The notes below the pieces were generated by a model. That model made no database searches, was not told the DNA's origin, and worked only from the letters and a program-made list of their open reading frames with translations. A stretch of 64,000 nucleotides of DNA from Mobula hypostoma (Eukaryota), in NCBI RefSeq assembly GCF_963921235.1, contig NC_086102.1:141980001-142044000 (forward strand), written 5' to 3'. Positions 23,762 to 38,005 of this stretch are shown one piece after another. The position numbers and the translations under genes were made by a program. Numbering within the stretch: the stretch's first letter is position 1; every line of letters begins with the position of its first letter.

Positions 23762-25973
23762 AAGTGGCTCTTGAAAATCTGATTTTATTTTGTTGAAATA
23801 TTTACCAATACAATAAAATACATTTGATGACACTATTTGCTCATTCGATTCATTTACCCTGATTCCACCGAAAATCACATCAGAACAGTAATCATAATAG
23901 AGTACAATAAATTGTGTTACCACAGTTGGTTCCAATATACAGGTAACATTATGATGATTCATAGGAGGCTGAAGAATATAAATTGAATTGAAAGTTGTTC
24001 TTTGCCTCGTGTTTTTGTGCCTATTGAGAGGCATTACGCTCCATTTCTGAATATATTTCCAATGAATTGAATGAGTATAAATATCTATCTTTATGATTTC
24101 CATAATTCTGATGGTTCTTTGAAATGACTTTACAAAATAAATGATTTTACAATGACGAAGCTACGTAAATGGAGACATGGAATTAAACAGCACAGAAAAC
24201 GATGCTTTTACAAAACATGATGAATTCAAGTTGAGACCAGCATGAACAACAAGGTGAAATGGACAGAAATCTGCTGGCTAGTTTAAACATATTTATGATT
24301 CTGTGTGGGACCGGATTGTGAAGGAGGGAAGTTGAGTCGAAATTGATGTGGAATGATTTAAAGCTGCAGAAGCTTCTAAGGGAATTTAACAAAATCGGAA
24401 AGCATTATTTAAACCTTAGTAAACACAGATCCGAAATAATGTAATTAGACTGAAATATAAGTCTTTGAAAGGATGATGAATCTCTGCAATTGTCTATCCG
24501 GAGATTGTAGAGGCAGATCGAGGAAGTGGAAACAGTCTAGGGAAATCGGGATATGGGGAAATGGCCCAGAAGAGGACAATGACAGGTTCTGATGGAACTT
24601 TTTAACCTCTTACCACTTAATACTATAACAGTATGACAGAGATCGGGAAAGTGTATAGTGGTTTAACATAGAAGCACAATCTGAGCTGAAATTGAATCTT
24701 AACAAATCCACATATTTTTGGTGGTTTTCAGTTCACCTGGAATTAAATCAAAGCAGAGCGCTGAGAAGGTTTTAATTCTGAAAGTGGGCACCACAGATAT
24801 TAGAACAGGGCTTTTTGCTGTAGTAAAGAGCAGCAATACCTTACTTTGGAAAGCTTGCCTCATGTCTTGTTGAGGGACAAAAGAACTTTTCCAGATTTAA
24901 GTCACATTTCTGTGCTTTTTTGGAGTCGAGTGAAGGATGATCTTATTGACTGAAATCACAGCCTAAACCACACAAAGGGGTTGATGTTGAGATCTTTCCA
25001 TCACTGGGGTCTTGGACAGTTGTCACAGCTGTCAGATAATGGGTCAAATATTTAAAGTTGAGTTGTTGAGAAATATCTTCTCACTGAAATTGGCAAACCA
25101 ACAACCCAGTAATGGAGGAGTTAAATAGCTGTAGTGTATGTATCAACTGAATGAACTGCCTGAAATAAACATCTCAGATGTAACTTCCTTAAACATAAAA
25201 ACTTCCCCAGTGTGAAAGAAACTGATATGTGACATTATCGAGGTTTTTAAAAAATGAATTGTGTATAAAGTTGAGGGTCACAGTATTTTTCTGAGAGTAG
25301 AGGTTTAACATGAGACAGCTTAGATTTGGATGAGAGAGGAAAGAGAGGAACTGAGGAGCAGAAAATAGTGTATCAAACTAGAAACAACCAAACAAATGAT
25401 TCATTGACACATCTTCGATACATGGACGATTTGAAATTATATGCTCCTTCCTTCATCAGGAAAGCTAAAACAATTAACTTAAAGAGTGGAACTATTTTCA
25501 AAGGATATAAACATGAACTTTGGACTAGATAACTGAAAAATGTTAAATATAAAGAAAAGTGCAATAGAGCGAGTAGAATATAAAACAGAGCAGCACAATA
25601 CAGTTGATGGATGAGTCGGAAATGTAATTAAGTATCAAAATACATAATAAAAGACCAAAAATTTAAAATGATTGAAGAAAATGTCAAGAGAAACCAGAAC
25701 AATTCAGCACATTACGGTATCCTGCAGCAGTTTAACACAAACTGATTACTTGCACGGTCATAATCAAGTAAAAAGTACCATTCACCAAAACTTTGCTTTA
25801 AAATGCAACCTCAGAAAAGATACCATACTTTATGATAAATAAACCCCAACCCACTATCACAGTCAGTCCTAGAAATTATATTACAACCAATCTATTATTA
25901 CCTTAAGACAATCTATAATAACTATCCGGATAAAATATTACAGGCTAAACAAGAAAAAACAACTTATTTAATA

Positions 25974-26762
25974 TGTAATGCCCTGTTTAAAATTTCTACT
26001 GCTAATGCCTTGGGGTTTTTCATTTAGGAGCTTTCTGTAAAAACAGCGTGTTCTGCTGGTAGAATGTTTTGGTTTCAGCTAAAAGATAAAGGAGTATGAT
26101 GTTCAGTTTCTGAATGTTTTGTCAGCCATCAGTATGGTGGAATTGGGAGAAGGTTCTAGAGTGAGCTGGGCGTACAGATATTTGTGATGGACACTGGTGG
26201 GGTTTGTGATCTTATTGGTGGCAGTTGAAGAGAAGAGAATATTGGGAGGGATGGCCGTGGAATTCGATCCGACGGGAAGACGCGATTGCAAGGAGTGCTT
26301 CGTGAGAAGATGGAGTTCAAGATGCGAAGCTCTGCTAGTGATTGGTGATAGGAATTCAGCATCATGAGTAATGGTCATTTCCAGCTTTAGGATAATACCA
26401 ACTCCAACGCCATATGGATATTCAAACTGGTATAACTGTAATGGGCACTTTCTGTCTTTACTTTCTTTTGTTTCTCTTAATAACTGTTTGATAAAGCTGA
26501 AATTAGTAAATACACTTTCATTATAATTGTATGTGGGATATGACCTGTTATTTCTTGATGAATGATAATTGTGTATTGTCGGTATTTACATGGTATTCAC
26601 TCAACTTGGTGTTCCGTTAATCAGAACATCCCAACTTTCCTTTTTGTTGAACCCCATATCACACCAAACCAAGCTGTATATTGTTTATAAAACGTAGCCT
26701 TCTCACTACTCAGTCAGGTAGCTGTTAGCAGAGTGGGCTAATGAGTCAAGATTGCAGTGACA
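25974..26762. mobile_element. Solo LTR (unit 3)
   Basis: TGT...ACA termini with AATA duplicated either side, inside R4 sequence. Confidence 0.75.
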
Positions 26763-26896
26763 AATAGATAGAGCCATTCAAAACAGATATAAGATACAGA
26801 AATCAACAATTAAAAAGAAAGACCAGAAATATGCAGAATTAGAAGAGGAATTTGAAAGACTATAAAAAACATGAACAGGTTATATATTGTCTCAAT

Positions 26897-29085
26897 CAGT
26901 GATCATAACACTATTAGTTTCAACTTGATATTGGACAAGGATAGATCTGGTCCTAAGGTTGAGGATCTTAACTGGAAGAAGGCCAAATTTGAAGAAATGA
27001 GAAAGGATCTAAAAAGCGTGGATTGGGACAGCTTGTTCTCTGGCAAGGATGTGATCGGTAGGTGGGAAGCCTTCAAAGGAGAAATTTTGAGAGTGCAGAA
27101 TTTGTATGTTCCTGTCAGGATTAAAGGCAAGGTGAATAGGAATAAGGAACCTTGGTTCTCAAGGGATATTGCAACTCTGATAAAGAAGAAGAGGGAGTTG
27201 TATAACATGTATAGGAAGCAGGGAGTAAATAAGGTGCTTGAGGAGTATAAGAAGTGCAAGAAAATACTTATGAAAGAAATCAGGAGGGCTAAAAGAAGAC
27301 ATGAGGTTTCCTTGGCAGTCAAAGTGAAGGATAATCCAAAGAGCTTTTACAGGTATATTAAGAGCAAAAGGATTGTAAGGGATAAAATTGGTCCTCTTGA
27401 AGATCAGAGTGGTCGGATATGTGCGGAACCAAAGGAAATGGAGGAGATCCTAAATAAGTTTTTTGCGTCTGTGTTTACTAAGGAAACTGGCATGAAGTCT
27501 ATGGAATTAAGGGAAACAAGTAGTGAGATTATGGAAACTGTACAGATCGAAAAGAAGGAGGTCCTTGCTGTCTTGAGGAAAATTAAAGTGGATAAATCCC
27601 CAGGACCTGACAGGGTGTTCCCTCGGACCTTGAAGGAGACTAGTGTTGAAATTGCGGGGGCCCTGGCAGAAATATTTAAAATGTCGCTGTCTACAGGTGA
27701 GGTGCCGGAGGATTGGAGAGTGGCTCATGTTGTTCCGTTGTTTAAAAAAGGATCGAAAAGTAATCCGGGAAATTATAGACCAGTAAGTTTAATGTCGGTA
27801 GTAGGTAAGTTATTGGAGGGAGTACTAAGAAACAGAATCTACAAGCATTTGGATAGACAGGGACTTATTAGGGAGAGTCAACATGGTTTTGTGTGTGGTA
27901 GGTCATGTTTGACCAATCTATTGGAGTTTTTCGAGGAGGTTACCAGGAAAGTGGATGAAGGGAAGGCAGTGGATATTGTCTACATGGACTTCAGTAAGGC
28001 CTTTGACAAGGTCCTGCATGGGAGGTTAGTTAGGAAAATTCAGTTGCTAGGTATACATGGAGAGGTGGTAAATTGGATTAGACATTGGCTCAATGGAAGA
28101 AGCCAAAGAGTGGCAGTAGAGAATTGCTTCTCCGCGTAGAGGCCTGTTACTAGTGGTGTGCCACAGGGATCAGTGCTGGGTCCATTGTTATTTGTCATCT
28201 ATATCAATGATCTGGATGATAATGTGGTAAATTGGATCAGCAAATTTGCTGATGATACAAAGATTGGAGGTGTAGTAGACAGTGAGGAAGGTTTTCAGAG
28301 CCTGCAGAGGGACTTGGACCAGCTGGAAAAATGGGCTGAAAAATGGCAGATGGAGTTTAATACAGACAAGTGTGAGGTATTGCATGTTGGAAGGACAAAC
28401 CAAGGTAGAACATACAGGGTTAATGGTAAGGCACCGAGGAGCACAGTGGAACAGAGGGATATGGGAATACAGATACAAAATTCCCTAAAAGTGGTGTCAC
28501 AGGTAGATAGGGTTGTAAAGAAAGCTTTTGGTACATTGGCCTTTATTAATCAAAGTATTGAGTATAAGAGCTGGAATGTTATGATGAGGTTGTATAAGGC
28601 ATTGGTGAGGCCGAATCTGTTCAGTTTTGGTCACCAAATTACAGGAAGGATATAAATAAGGTTGAAAGAGTGCAGAGAAGGTTTAGAAGGATGTTGCTGG
28701 GACTTGAGAAACTCAGTTACAGAGAAAGGTTGAATAGGTTAGGATAGAGTGAATGCAAGCAGGCTTTTTCCACTGAGGCAAGGGGAGAAAAAAACCAGAG
28801 GACATGGGTTAAGGGTGAGGGGGGAAAAGTTTAAAGGGAACATTAGGGGGGGTTTCTTCACACAGAGAGTGGTGGGAGTATGGAATGAGCTGCCAGACGA
28901 GGTGGTAAATGCGGGTTCTTTTTTAACATTTAAGAATAATTTGGACAGATACATGGATGAGAGGTGTATGGAGGGATATGGTCCATGTGCAGGTCAGTGG
29001 GACTAGGCAGAAAATGGTTCGGCACAGCCAAGAAGGGCCAAAAGGCCTGTTTCTGTGCTGTAGTTTCTATGGTTCTATGGTTCTA
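26897..29085 (+). mobile_element. Young 5'-truncated CR1 LINE (422-aa ORF2 stretch)
   Basis: KSPGPD, NYRPVSL, QHGFVCGRSCLTNLLEFF, PQGSVLGP, FADDTK; (TTCTATGG)n tail. Private to unit 3. Confidence 0.93.
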
Positions 29086-29309
29086 ATAGTAATCTCTACA
29101 ACTGGTATTATTCCAACCCAAAATCAGTACACAATAGCATTAAACAATTAGGTCTACCCAGCAATATTTATGTAAATCTTCGGAAAGCCAAAATTCGAAA
29201 CACTACTTGAATAGTTGAATAGTTCCTTGCAATTGAGAAATGAATCTGCTTGGCTATGCCCGTCCCTCAGCTTTTACCATCTAAAGCTGAGATAAAAACA
29301 TACCAATAA

Positions 29310-30375
29310 TAATAAATAAATAAGCAATAAATATTGAGAACATGAGCTGAAGAGTCGTTGAAGTGAGTGTAAAGTTCATAAGAAGAGTTCAGTCTTAGGA
29401 CAAGTGAAGTTGAGCGAAGTGATTCCATCTGGTTCAAGAGCTTGATGGTGGAGGAGTACTACTGTTCCCAAACCTGGTGCTGTGAGTCCTGAGGCTCCTG
29501 TAGAGAGCAGCAGTGAAGAGAGAGCGTGACCTGAGTCGAGGGTTTCCTGATGACAGATGCTGCTTTTCTGCGATAACGCTCCATGTAGATGTGCTGAATA
29601 GTGGAGAGGTCTTTACCCATAATGGACTGGGCAATATCCATTACTTTTTGCAGTGTATTCCATTCAAGGGCATTGGTGTTTCCATACCTGGCCATGATGC
29701 AGCCGGGCAATACACTCTCCATTACACATCTACAGAAGTTTGTCAATACTTTAGATGTCAAGCCGAATCATTGTAATACTCTAAGTAAATAGAGGCACTG
29801 CAGTACTTTCTTCATAATTGCACAGCAATGAGCAGCTACCTCTATTCTTTCATCAGCAAATTCAGATGTGACTTACCTTCAATATTCTCAGCCGGGCAGA
29901 GTACTGGTCTTATGAAATTGTAACATGAAGGAACTTAAGGTTGCTGATCCTCTCAGCCTCTGATCCTCCAATAATGACTGGATCATGGCCCTCAGTTTCT
30001 TCCTCCTGAAATCAATAATCAGCTCCTTGGTCTTGCTGACAGGGAGTAAGAGGTTATCATTGTGACACCACTTTGCAGAATTTTCAATCTCATTTCTACA
30101 TGCTGATGCTCACAACCTGTTGTCATCTATGGTGCCTCGTTTTACTTTGTAAGGAGTGTTAGCATTCAAGCTGTGCCACAACTTGACGAGCATCCTTCAT
30201 TGATTCAAGTTTTGCTGTGAATTGTCACTTCCCTCTCTTTCTTGGCCAAAAGACTGGAGTGCCTCTGCTCTGGTCTTCACCAGATTACAGATCACATGGC
30301 TCATCCAGGCTCCTGTTGAGAAAAACACTGAATTATTTTGAGTGGCACCCTGATCGATGATTATTCTCATAAACC
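29310..30375 (-). mobile_element. Cassette Rex/Babar fossil (before gene 4)
   Basis: LTNFCRCVMESVLPGCIMARYGN..LQKVMDIAQS on minus strand. Confidence 0.75.
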
Positions 30376-31016
30376 AGGGTTAGTTATTGTAACCAGAGTA
30401 AATTGAGTTACTGACTTTTCTCACATCAAAAAGAAAGAATTAGATGGAATGGGATATCACAAGGATGTTGAGGAAATCCAGAATGTGGTGGCAATTGAAA
30501 TGTTAAGTGCATGTGTACAGTTCTTCAATGACATGAGAGTGGAAGCTTTAACTGTTCAACGTATTCAGCAAGAGAAGTGGAGCAAACATAATGAATGCTG
30601 GAGGCTGGAAAACTACAAGGAACCATTATGAAAGGCAATTTTAACTCTCTTTTGGAGGATCAAGTGGGTTGCAAAGGAAGAGGCAGCAAATATTATTGAA
30701 GACAAATCACGTTTGACTCATCTGGATGAAAAAATAGACATAGTTGATCAGTGTTGTGTAGCAGGAACACTGATTTTTAAAAGACGTTTGTCAGGTTAAT
30801 AAGGTCTGTCGTTAACGTAAGCAGTTTGGAAAGAAAACCAAAATGTTTCTTTGACCGAGGTGAATGGACCTGGATGATATGTAGCTGTGAATGTTCCTGA
30901 ACTATTTGGTTTAAACAATTAAAATGATAAGAAAGCACAACTGAAAGAATCCATGATGCAACAAATGTCTTTCTGTTGTTTTTTGACAATAAATTTTAAA
31001 AAAGGATTTTGTCACA

Positions 31017-31093
31017 TTTTGCTGATGTTCAATGTTGTGTCATCAGAATAACAAGAAACTGCCAGTGAGGCCTTTCTACCCTGCATATAAATA
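31017..31093 (+). promoter_or_regulatory. Gene 4 half-MARE-like motif + TATA box (31086-31093)
   Basis: Same motifs; spacing 1 bp shorter. Confidence 0.75.
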
Positions 31094-31150
31094 CCAACTT
31101 GTGTTAGACTGTGAAACATTCAGCTAGATACCAGACTCACAGTGTTCAAA

Positions 31151-33188
31151 ATGGGAAAGGCAAGGGCTACTCAGTAAATGAACTAAATGAGAATTCTTCA
31201 TGAACACCTGAGCAACTATTAACAGAGATATGTTTCTTCCCACAGATCATCTTCTTCGAAGACAGAAACTTCCAGGGTCGGCACTATGAGTGCAGCTCTG
31301 ACTGTGCCGACCTCTCCCCTTACTTCAACCGCTGTAACTCCATCCGTGTTGACAGTGACTGGTGGGTGTTGTATGAGAGACCCAACTACATGGGATACCA
31401 GTATGTCCTGAGCAGGGGAGAGTATCCTGACTACCAGCGCTGGATGGGATTCAATGACACAATCAGGTCCTGTCGCAGTTACCCATATGTAAGTAGCAAT
31501 TTCTTTTTCGGGGAATCTAACCTTTTGCAGTTTGGCTTTGCTGATGGAGAATTTGCCTCACAAGTGCCGACTGGGTATCTAATATGCCCAAGTGTAATAT
31601 GCAAGGATATTTCAAGGAGGAGGGAGTGATGGGTCTCATAAAGAGCATTAAATTGCGCAAGTCCCCAGGGGCTGATGGGATATACCCCATGGTAGAGAAT
31701 GAGGCAAGAGCAGAGATTACTGCGACTTTGACCAACTTCTTCGGATCTTTTTTAGCTATCTGGAGTTTTGCAACAGTTTTGTCGCACCATGATAGGAAGG
31801 ACGTTGAAGCTTTGGAGAGGGTTCAGGGGAGGCTTGTTAGATTGCTGCTAGAATTAGAAGGGTGGACAACTTTGTGTTATTTTCTCTGGTGCAGCTAACA
31901 CTGAGGGAGAGATCTGACAGAAGTTTCATAGATTATGAGAGTTATCAATAGAGTAGACAGACAGTATCTTTTTCCCACAGTTAAAAGATATAAAACCATA
32001 GGACATGCACTTAAGGTGTGCGGATGTAAGTTCAAAGGTGATGTGAAAGCATTGTTTCTTCCAGAGAGTTGTGGGTGCCTGGAATGCACTTAGGAGACAG
32101 ATGGGAACTTCTGCAAGATGTTTCGTTAGGCACATGAATGTGAGGGAAGTGGAAGGAAATGGACATTATTTAAGCAGTAGGGATAGTTTAGTTCACATTT
32201 TAATATAATGACCAAATAAATTTAAATTTACTAATTTAATTGGTTCACCAGAACATTGCGGTCCAAAGATTCTGTTGCTGTGCTGTACTGTTTTATGTTC
32301 TAAGTTCCAAATGCAGAATTTCTCATATTTTATCCACGGTTTAATCTTTAATGTATTTGAACCAGTAGCAATGCCAGTTGGAGACATCGTTGACATCTAA
32401 GTTCTAAAGGCAGAATTTCTCATATTTTCTCCTGGGTTTTTCTTCCACGTATTTGAACCAGTAGCAATGCCAGTTGGAGACATCGTTGACATCTAAGTTC
32501 TAAAGGCAGAATTTCTCATATTTTCTCCTGGGTTTTTCTTCCACGTATTTGAACCAGTAGCAATGCCAGTTGGAGACATCGTTGACATCTAAGTTCTAAA
32601 GGCAGAATTTCTCATATTTTCTCCTGGGTTTTTCTTCCACGTATTTGAACCAGTAGCAATGCCAGTTGGAGACATCGTTGACATCTAAGTTCTAAAGGCA
32701 GAATTTCTCATATTTTCTCCTGGGTTTTTCTTCCACGTATTTGAACCAGTAGCAATGCCAGTTGGAGACATCGTTAGTGAAATGATCAAATTTCATCTGA
32801 ATTTCTTTCCCATTGAAGTCAATGTCCAACCTGACAATTGGTGTTCAGATGTGTATAATAGGAGAATACACTACAAAACATCATTACTAAAACTCTGTGT
32901 TTCCTATTCCAGTACCGAGGTGGAAATTACAGGATGAGGATTTACGAGAGGCCTGACTTTGCAGGACAGATGATGGAATTCATGGATGACTGTCCCTCTG
33001 TCTACGATCGATTGCGTTACCGTGATATCCACTCCTGTCAGGTGATGGATGGCTACTGGATCTTCTATGAACATCCCAACTACAGAGGCCGACAGTACTT
33101 CCTGAGACCCGGGGAATACAGGAGATACAGTGACTGGGGCAGCTACAACTCAATGATCGGGTCCTTCAGGCGCATGAGAGACTTCTAA
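31151..33188 (+). CDS. Gamma-crystallin gene 4, 175 aa, exons 31151-31159, 31246-31488, 32913-33188
   Basis: Open frame with splice sites intact. Intron 2 is lengthened by a 96-bp tandem repeat. Confidence 0.95.
32299..32775. repeat. 96-bp tandem repeat, 5 units (1 divergent + 4 apparently identical), gene 4 intron 2
   Basis: TGACATCTAAG recurs at 32391, 32487, 32583 and 32679. Confidence 0.93.
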
Positions 33189-34769
33189 AAGTGGCTCTTG
33201 AAAATCTGATTTTCTTTTGTTGAAATATTTATGGAAGTAATAAAATACCTTTGATGACATGATCAGTTCATTTGATTCATTTACCCTGATTCCACTGGAA
33301 ATCACATTAGAACAGTAATCATAATTGACTACCACATTAAATTGTTTTACCACTGTTAGTTCCAGTTAACAGATAACATTATGATGATTCATAGGAACTG
33401 AAAAATATAAACTGAATTGAAAGTTGTCCTTTGCCTCTTGTGTTATTGTCTATTGAGAGGCATTAAGTTCCATTTCTGAATATATTTCCAGTGAAGTTAG
33501 AGTACTAATATCTATCTTTATGATTTCCATGATTCTGATGGTTTTTTGAAATGACTTCACAAAAGTCAAAACAATGTATATAGAGATGTGGCGTTAAATA
33601 GCAGAGGAAGTGGCACTTTTACAAATCATGATAAGTTCTACCAAAGTTGAGACCAGCATAAACAACAAGGTGAAGTGGACAGAAATCTGCTGGCTAGTTT
33701 AAACATATTTGTGATTCTGTGTGGGACCGGATTGTGAAGGATGGAAGTTGAGTCAAAATTGTTGTGGAATGATTTAAAGCTGCAGAAGCTTCTAAGGAAG
33801 TTTAACAAATCAGAAGGAATGATTTAAACCTTAGTAAATACAGATCCGAAAGAATGTAATTAGACTGAAAGGTAAGTCCTGCAAAGGATGAGGAATCTCT
33901 GGAATTGTCTACCCGGAGATCGTAGGGGCAGAATGAGGATGTGGAAGCCATCTAGGGAAATGTCCCAGAAGGGGACAATGGCAGGTTCTGTTGGAACCTC
34001 TTAACTTCTCACCACTTAACACTATAACAGTATGACAGAGATCAGGAAAGTGTACAGCAGTTTAACATAGAAGCACAATCTGAGCTGAAATTGAATCTTA
34101 ATAAATCCACATATTTTTGGTGGTTTTCAGTTCCCCTGGATTTAAATCAGAGCAGAGTACTGTGAAAGGTTTTAATTTTGAATGTGGGCATCGTAAGTAT
34201 TAGAGCAAGGCTTTTAGCTGTAGCAAAGAGCAGCAATACCTTTACTTTGTGAAGCTTGCCTCATGTCTTGTTGAGGAATGCTAATGTAAGGACAGATGAA
34301 CTTTTCCAGATTTAAGTCACATTTCTGTGGTTATTTGGAGTGGCGGATGATCTCATTGAAAAAAAACACATCCTGAGCCACACCAATGGGTTGACGTTGA
34401 GATCTTTCCACCACTGGGGCCTTGGACAGTTGTCACAGCTATCAGATAATGGGGCAAATACTTAAAGTTAAGGTGTTGAGAAATATCTTCTCACTGAAAT
34501 TGGCAAACCAACAACCCAGTAATGTACAAGCCAAGTAACTGTAGTGTATGTTTGAACTGAATGAACTGCCTGAAATAATCATCTCAGATGTAACTTGTTT
34601 TTCATAAAAATACCCCAGAGTGAAAGAAACTGATATGTGACCTTATCGAGATTTTTAAAAACATGAATTGTGTATAAGGTTGAGGATCGCAGTATTTTTA
34701 AGAGAGTAGAGTTGTCTAAAATGAGACAGCTTAGATTTTGGATGAGAGAGGAAAGAGAGGAACGGAGGA

Positions 34770-36910
34770 GCAGAAAACAGTGTATCAAACTGGAAACAAC
34801 CAAACAAATGATACATTGATACACATTCGATACATGGATGATTTGAAATCATATGCTCCTTCCTTCGTCAGTAAAGCTAAAGCAATTAATTTAAAGAGTA
34901 CAGCTATTTCTGAAAGATATAAACATGAACTTTGGACTAGGTAACTGCAAATCGTTAAACAAAAAGAAAGGTGCAATAGAGCTAGTAGAATATAAAACAG
35001 AGCAGCTCGATACAGTACAACTGATGGATGAGTCCGAAGTGTAGTTATGTATTTCCGATATCAAAAAGCGGAGAAATTAGATCATAGTGCGATAAAGAAA
35101 AAGCATTCGACAGAATTTGCTTCAAGTCTTGCCAAAAAGAGCTCCATAGTAAAATACAAAAAGACAATAAACACTTTCACTGTCCCCATATTAACATATC
35201 CTTTTGTCAAAATTTCTTAGTCCGAACCTGATCTGGAGAATTTACAAAGAAAACTACGAGCTGAAATGTCAAATTTTAGAAAACACTATGTACACTCGAA
35301 CACATCAGTTGTTGGCAAGGAAATGTCGAACCCCTGGCTAGAGTTTGAGACTTCTTCACAGACACAGAGGGGCTCCATGTGGCAATACAGAACCAGGTGG
35401 TTAACACAAAAAAATTACCAAAATACGTTATAAAAGACCAACAAGTTCAAGATGACAAATGCAGAAAATGCCAAGAGAAACCAAAGCAATTCAGCACATC
35501 CTGTAGCAGTTTAACTCAATCTGATTACTTACACAGGCACAATCAGTGGCAAATATCATTCACCAACATCTTGTTTTAAAATCCAACTTCAGAAATGACA
35601 CCATACCTTACTATAAATAGTAGCCTAATCCACTACTAGAGTCAGTTCTAGAAATTATGTTACATCCAATCTATTATTACAGATAAGACAATCTATAATA
35701 ACTGTCCAGATATAATGTTACAGGCTAAACAAGAAAGAACAACATATTTAACATGTAATGCCCTGTTTAAGAATTGGGGTGGGGTATTTCATTTGGGAGC
35801 TTTCTGTAAAAGCAGTGTGTTCTGCTGGTAGAATGTTTAGGTTTCAGTTAAAAATAAGGGACCATGAGTTTCAGCTTATGAATGTTGTATCAGCCAATCA
35901 GGATGGTAAAATTGGGAGAAGATGTTAGATGCTAGAGAGATTTGTGATGCACACTGGTGGGGTTCGTGATCTTGTTGGAGGGAGAGGCAGAGAAGAGAAT
36001 ATTGGGAGGGACAGCCATAGGATTCGATCTGATGGGAAGACGCGATTGCAAGGAGTGCTTTGTGAGCTGAAGGAGTCCAAGATGGGATGCTCTACTGGTG
36101 ATTGGTGATGAGAATTTAGCATCATGAATAATGGTCATCCTCAGCTCTTGGATAATATGAGCTCTATCGCCAAATGGACATTTTGACTGGTATAACAGTA
36201 ATGGACCATTTTTTTTCTTTCTTTTCTTTCTCTTAATAACTGTGTGATAAAGCAAAAATTAGTAAATGCACTTTATTTATAATTAAATGTGTTGTATGAT
36301 CTGTTATTTCTTGCTGACTGATAACTCTGTGTGGTCAGTATTTACACAACATTCACTCAATTTGGTGTTCCGTTTATCGGAATATCCCAACCTTGTTGTT
36401 TAGTTGAATATCATATCACACCAAACTAAGATGTATATTGTTTATGAAAGGTGGCCTTTGAACTGCTGAGTAATGTGACTGTTAGCAGAGGGGCTAACGA
36501 GCTAAGATTGGAGCCCAGATTGAATTTAAGCCCAGTGAAATGGCTGCAAATAGATAGAGCCATTCAAAACACACATAACATACAGAAACCAAAAAATACA
36601 AAACACCAGAAGTATGCAGAATTAAAAGAGGAAATTGCAAGATGATGAAACATGAACAGGTTATATATTGTCCCAATAGTAATTTCCATAACTGGTACCA
36701 TCCCAACCTAATGTCAATACACAATAGAATAAAACAATTAGGCCTACACAGCAATATTTAGGTAAATCTTCAGAAAGCCACAATACTAACAGCAGTTGAA
36801 TAGTTGAATAGCTCCTTGCAATTGAGAAATGAATGTGCTTGGCTATGTCCGTCCCTTTGGTTTTACCAGCTAAAGCTGAGATAAAAACATACCAATAACA
36901 ATAATTAATA
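34770..36910 (+). mobile_element. Cassette R4/Dong fossil (unit 4) with nested solo LTR
   Basis: YMDDLKSYA, QNQVVNT..DKCRKC..DYLHRHNQ, KHQKYAELKEEI. Confidence 0.78.
35754..36548. mobile_element. Solo LTR (unit 4)
   Basis: Same family and same insertion point as 25974-26762; TGTAAT...GGCTGCA. Confidence 0.75.
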
Positions 36911-38005
36911 AATAAGCAATAAATATCAAGAACATGAGCTGAAGAGTCATTGAAGGTGAGTGTAAAGTTCATAAGAAAATTTCAGTTTTGGAACAAGTGA
37001 AGTTGAGTGAAGTGATTCTATCTGGTTCAAGAGCTTGATGGTGGAGGAGTACTACTGTTCCCAAACCTGGTGCTGTGAGTCCTGATGCTCCTGTAGAGAG
37101 CAGCAGTGAGGAGGCAACATGACCTGAGTCGTGGGTTTCCTGATGATAGATGCTGCTTTTCTGCAATATCGCTCCACGTAGATGTATTGAATGGTGGAGA
37201 GGTCTTTACCCATAATGGACTGGGCAATATCCATTATGTTTTGCAGTGCTTTCCATTCAAGGGCTTTGGTGTTTCCATACCTGGCCATGATGCAGCCGGG
37301 TAATATAATCTTCATAACACATCTACATAAATTTGTCAATATTTTAGATGTCAAGCTGAATCTTCCTAATCCTCTGAGAAAGTAGAGGCACTGCAGCGCT
37401 TTTTTCATAATTACACAGCACTGATCAGCCACCTCTACTCTTTCAGAAACAAATTCAGCTGTGACTTGCCTTCAATATTCTCAGCTGGGCAGAGTACTGA
37501 TCCTATGAAATTGTCACATGAAGGAACTTAAAGTTGCTGATCCTCTCCACCTCTTAATCCTCCAATGAGGACTGGTTTATGGCCCTCAGTTTCCTCCTCC
37601 TGAAATCAATAATCAGCTCCTTGGTCCTGCTGACATGGAGTAAGAGGTTGCCCCTGTGACATCAGTCAGCCAATTTTCAATCTCATTTCTACATGCTGAT
37701 TCCTCACTACCTGTTGTCACCTATGTCACCTGATTTCACTTTGTAAGAAGTGGTAGCATTCAACCTCTGTCACAACCTGACTTCATTGATGCAAAATTTT
37801 CCCTGAATTGTCACTTCATTCATGAAATGCATCCAAAGATTGTACCTGGACCTCCTGTAACATTCTTGGCCATTAGACTGGAGTGCCTCTGCTCTGGTCC
37901 TCAACAGATTTCAGATCACATGGTTCATCCAGGCTCCTGGTTGGGAAGGACACTGCATGATTTTGAGTGGCAGCCTTGTTTGATAATTGTTTTCATAAAC
38001 CAGGG
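36910..38005 (-). mobile_element. Cassette Rex/Babar fossil (before gene 5)
   Basis: KKALQCLYFLRGLGRF..LTNLCRC.. on minus strand. Confidence 0.75.

Larger units (their letters stand above)
25355..29310 (+). mobile_element. Cassette R4/Dong fossil (unit 3), split by a solo LTR and a young CR1
   Basis: HLRYMDDLKLYA, LHGHNQV, PD.IL, KYAELEEE; 3' end AAAGCTGAGATAAAA. Confidence 0.75.

Noticed and set aside
26871-28139. 422-aa ORF as a functional or domesticated gene
   Set aside because: 5'-truncated CR1 ORF2 with a stop before the FADD motif and downstream deletions; its start comes from flanking R4 sequence.
32299-32775. CRISPR-like array
   Set aside because: No unique spacers; plain tandem repeat in a vertebrate intron.
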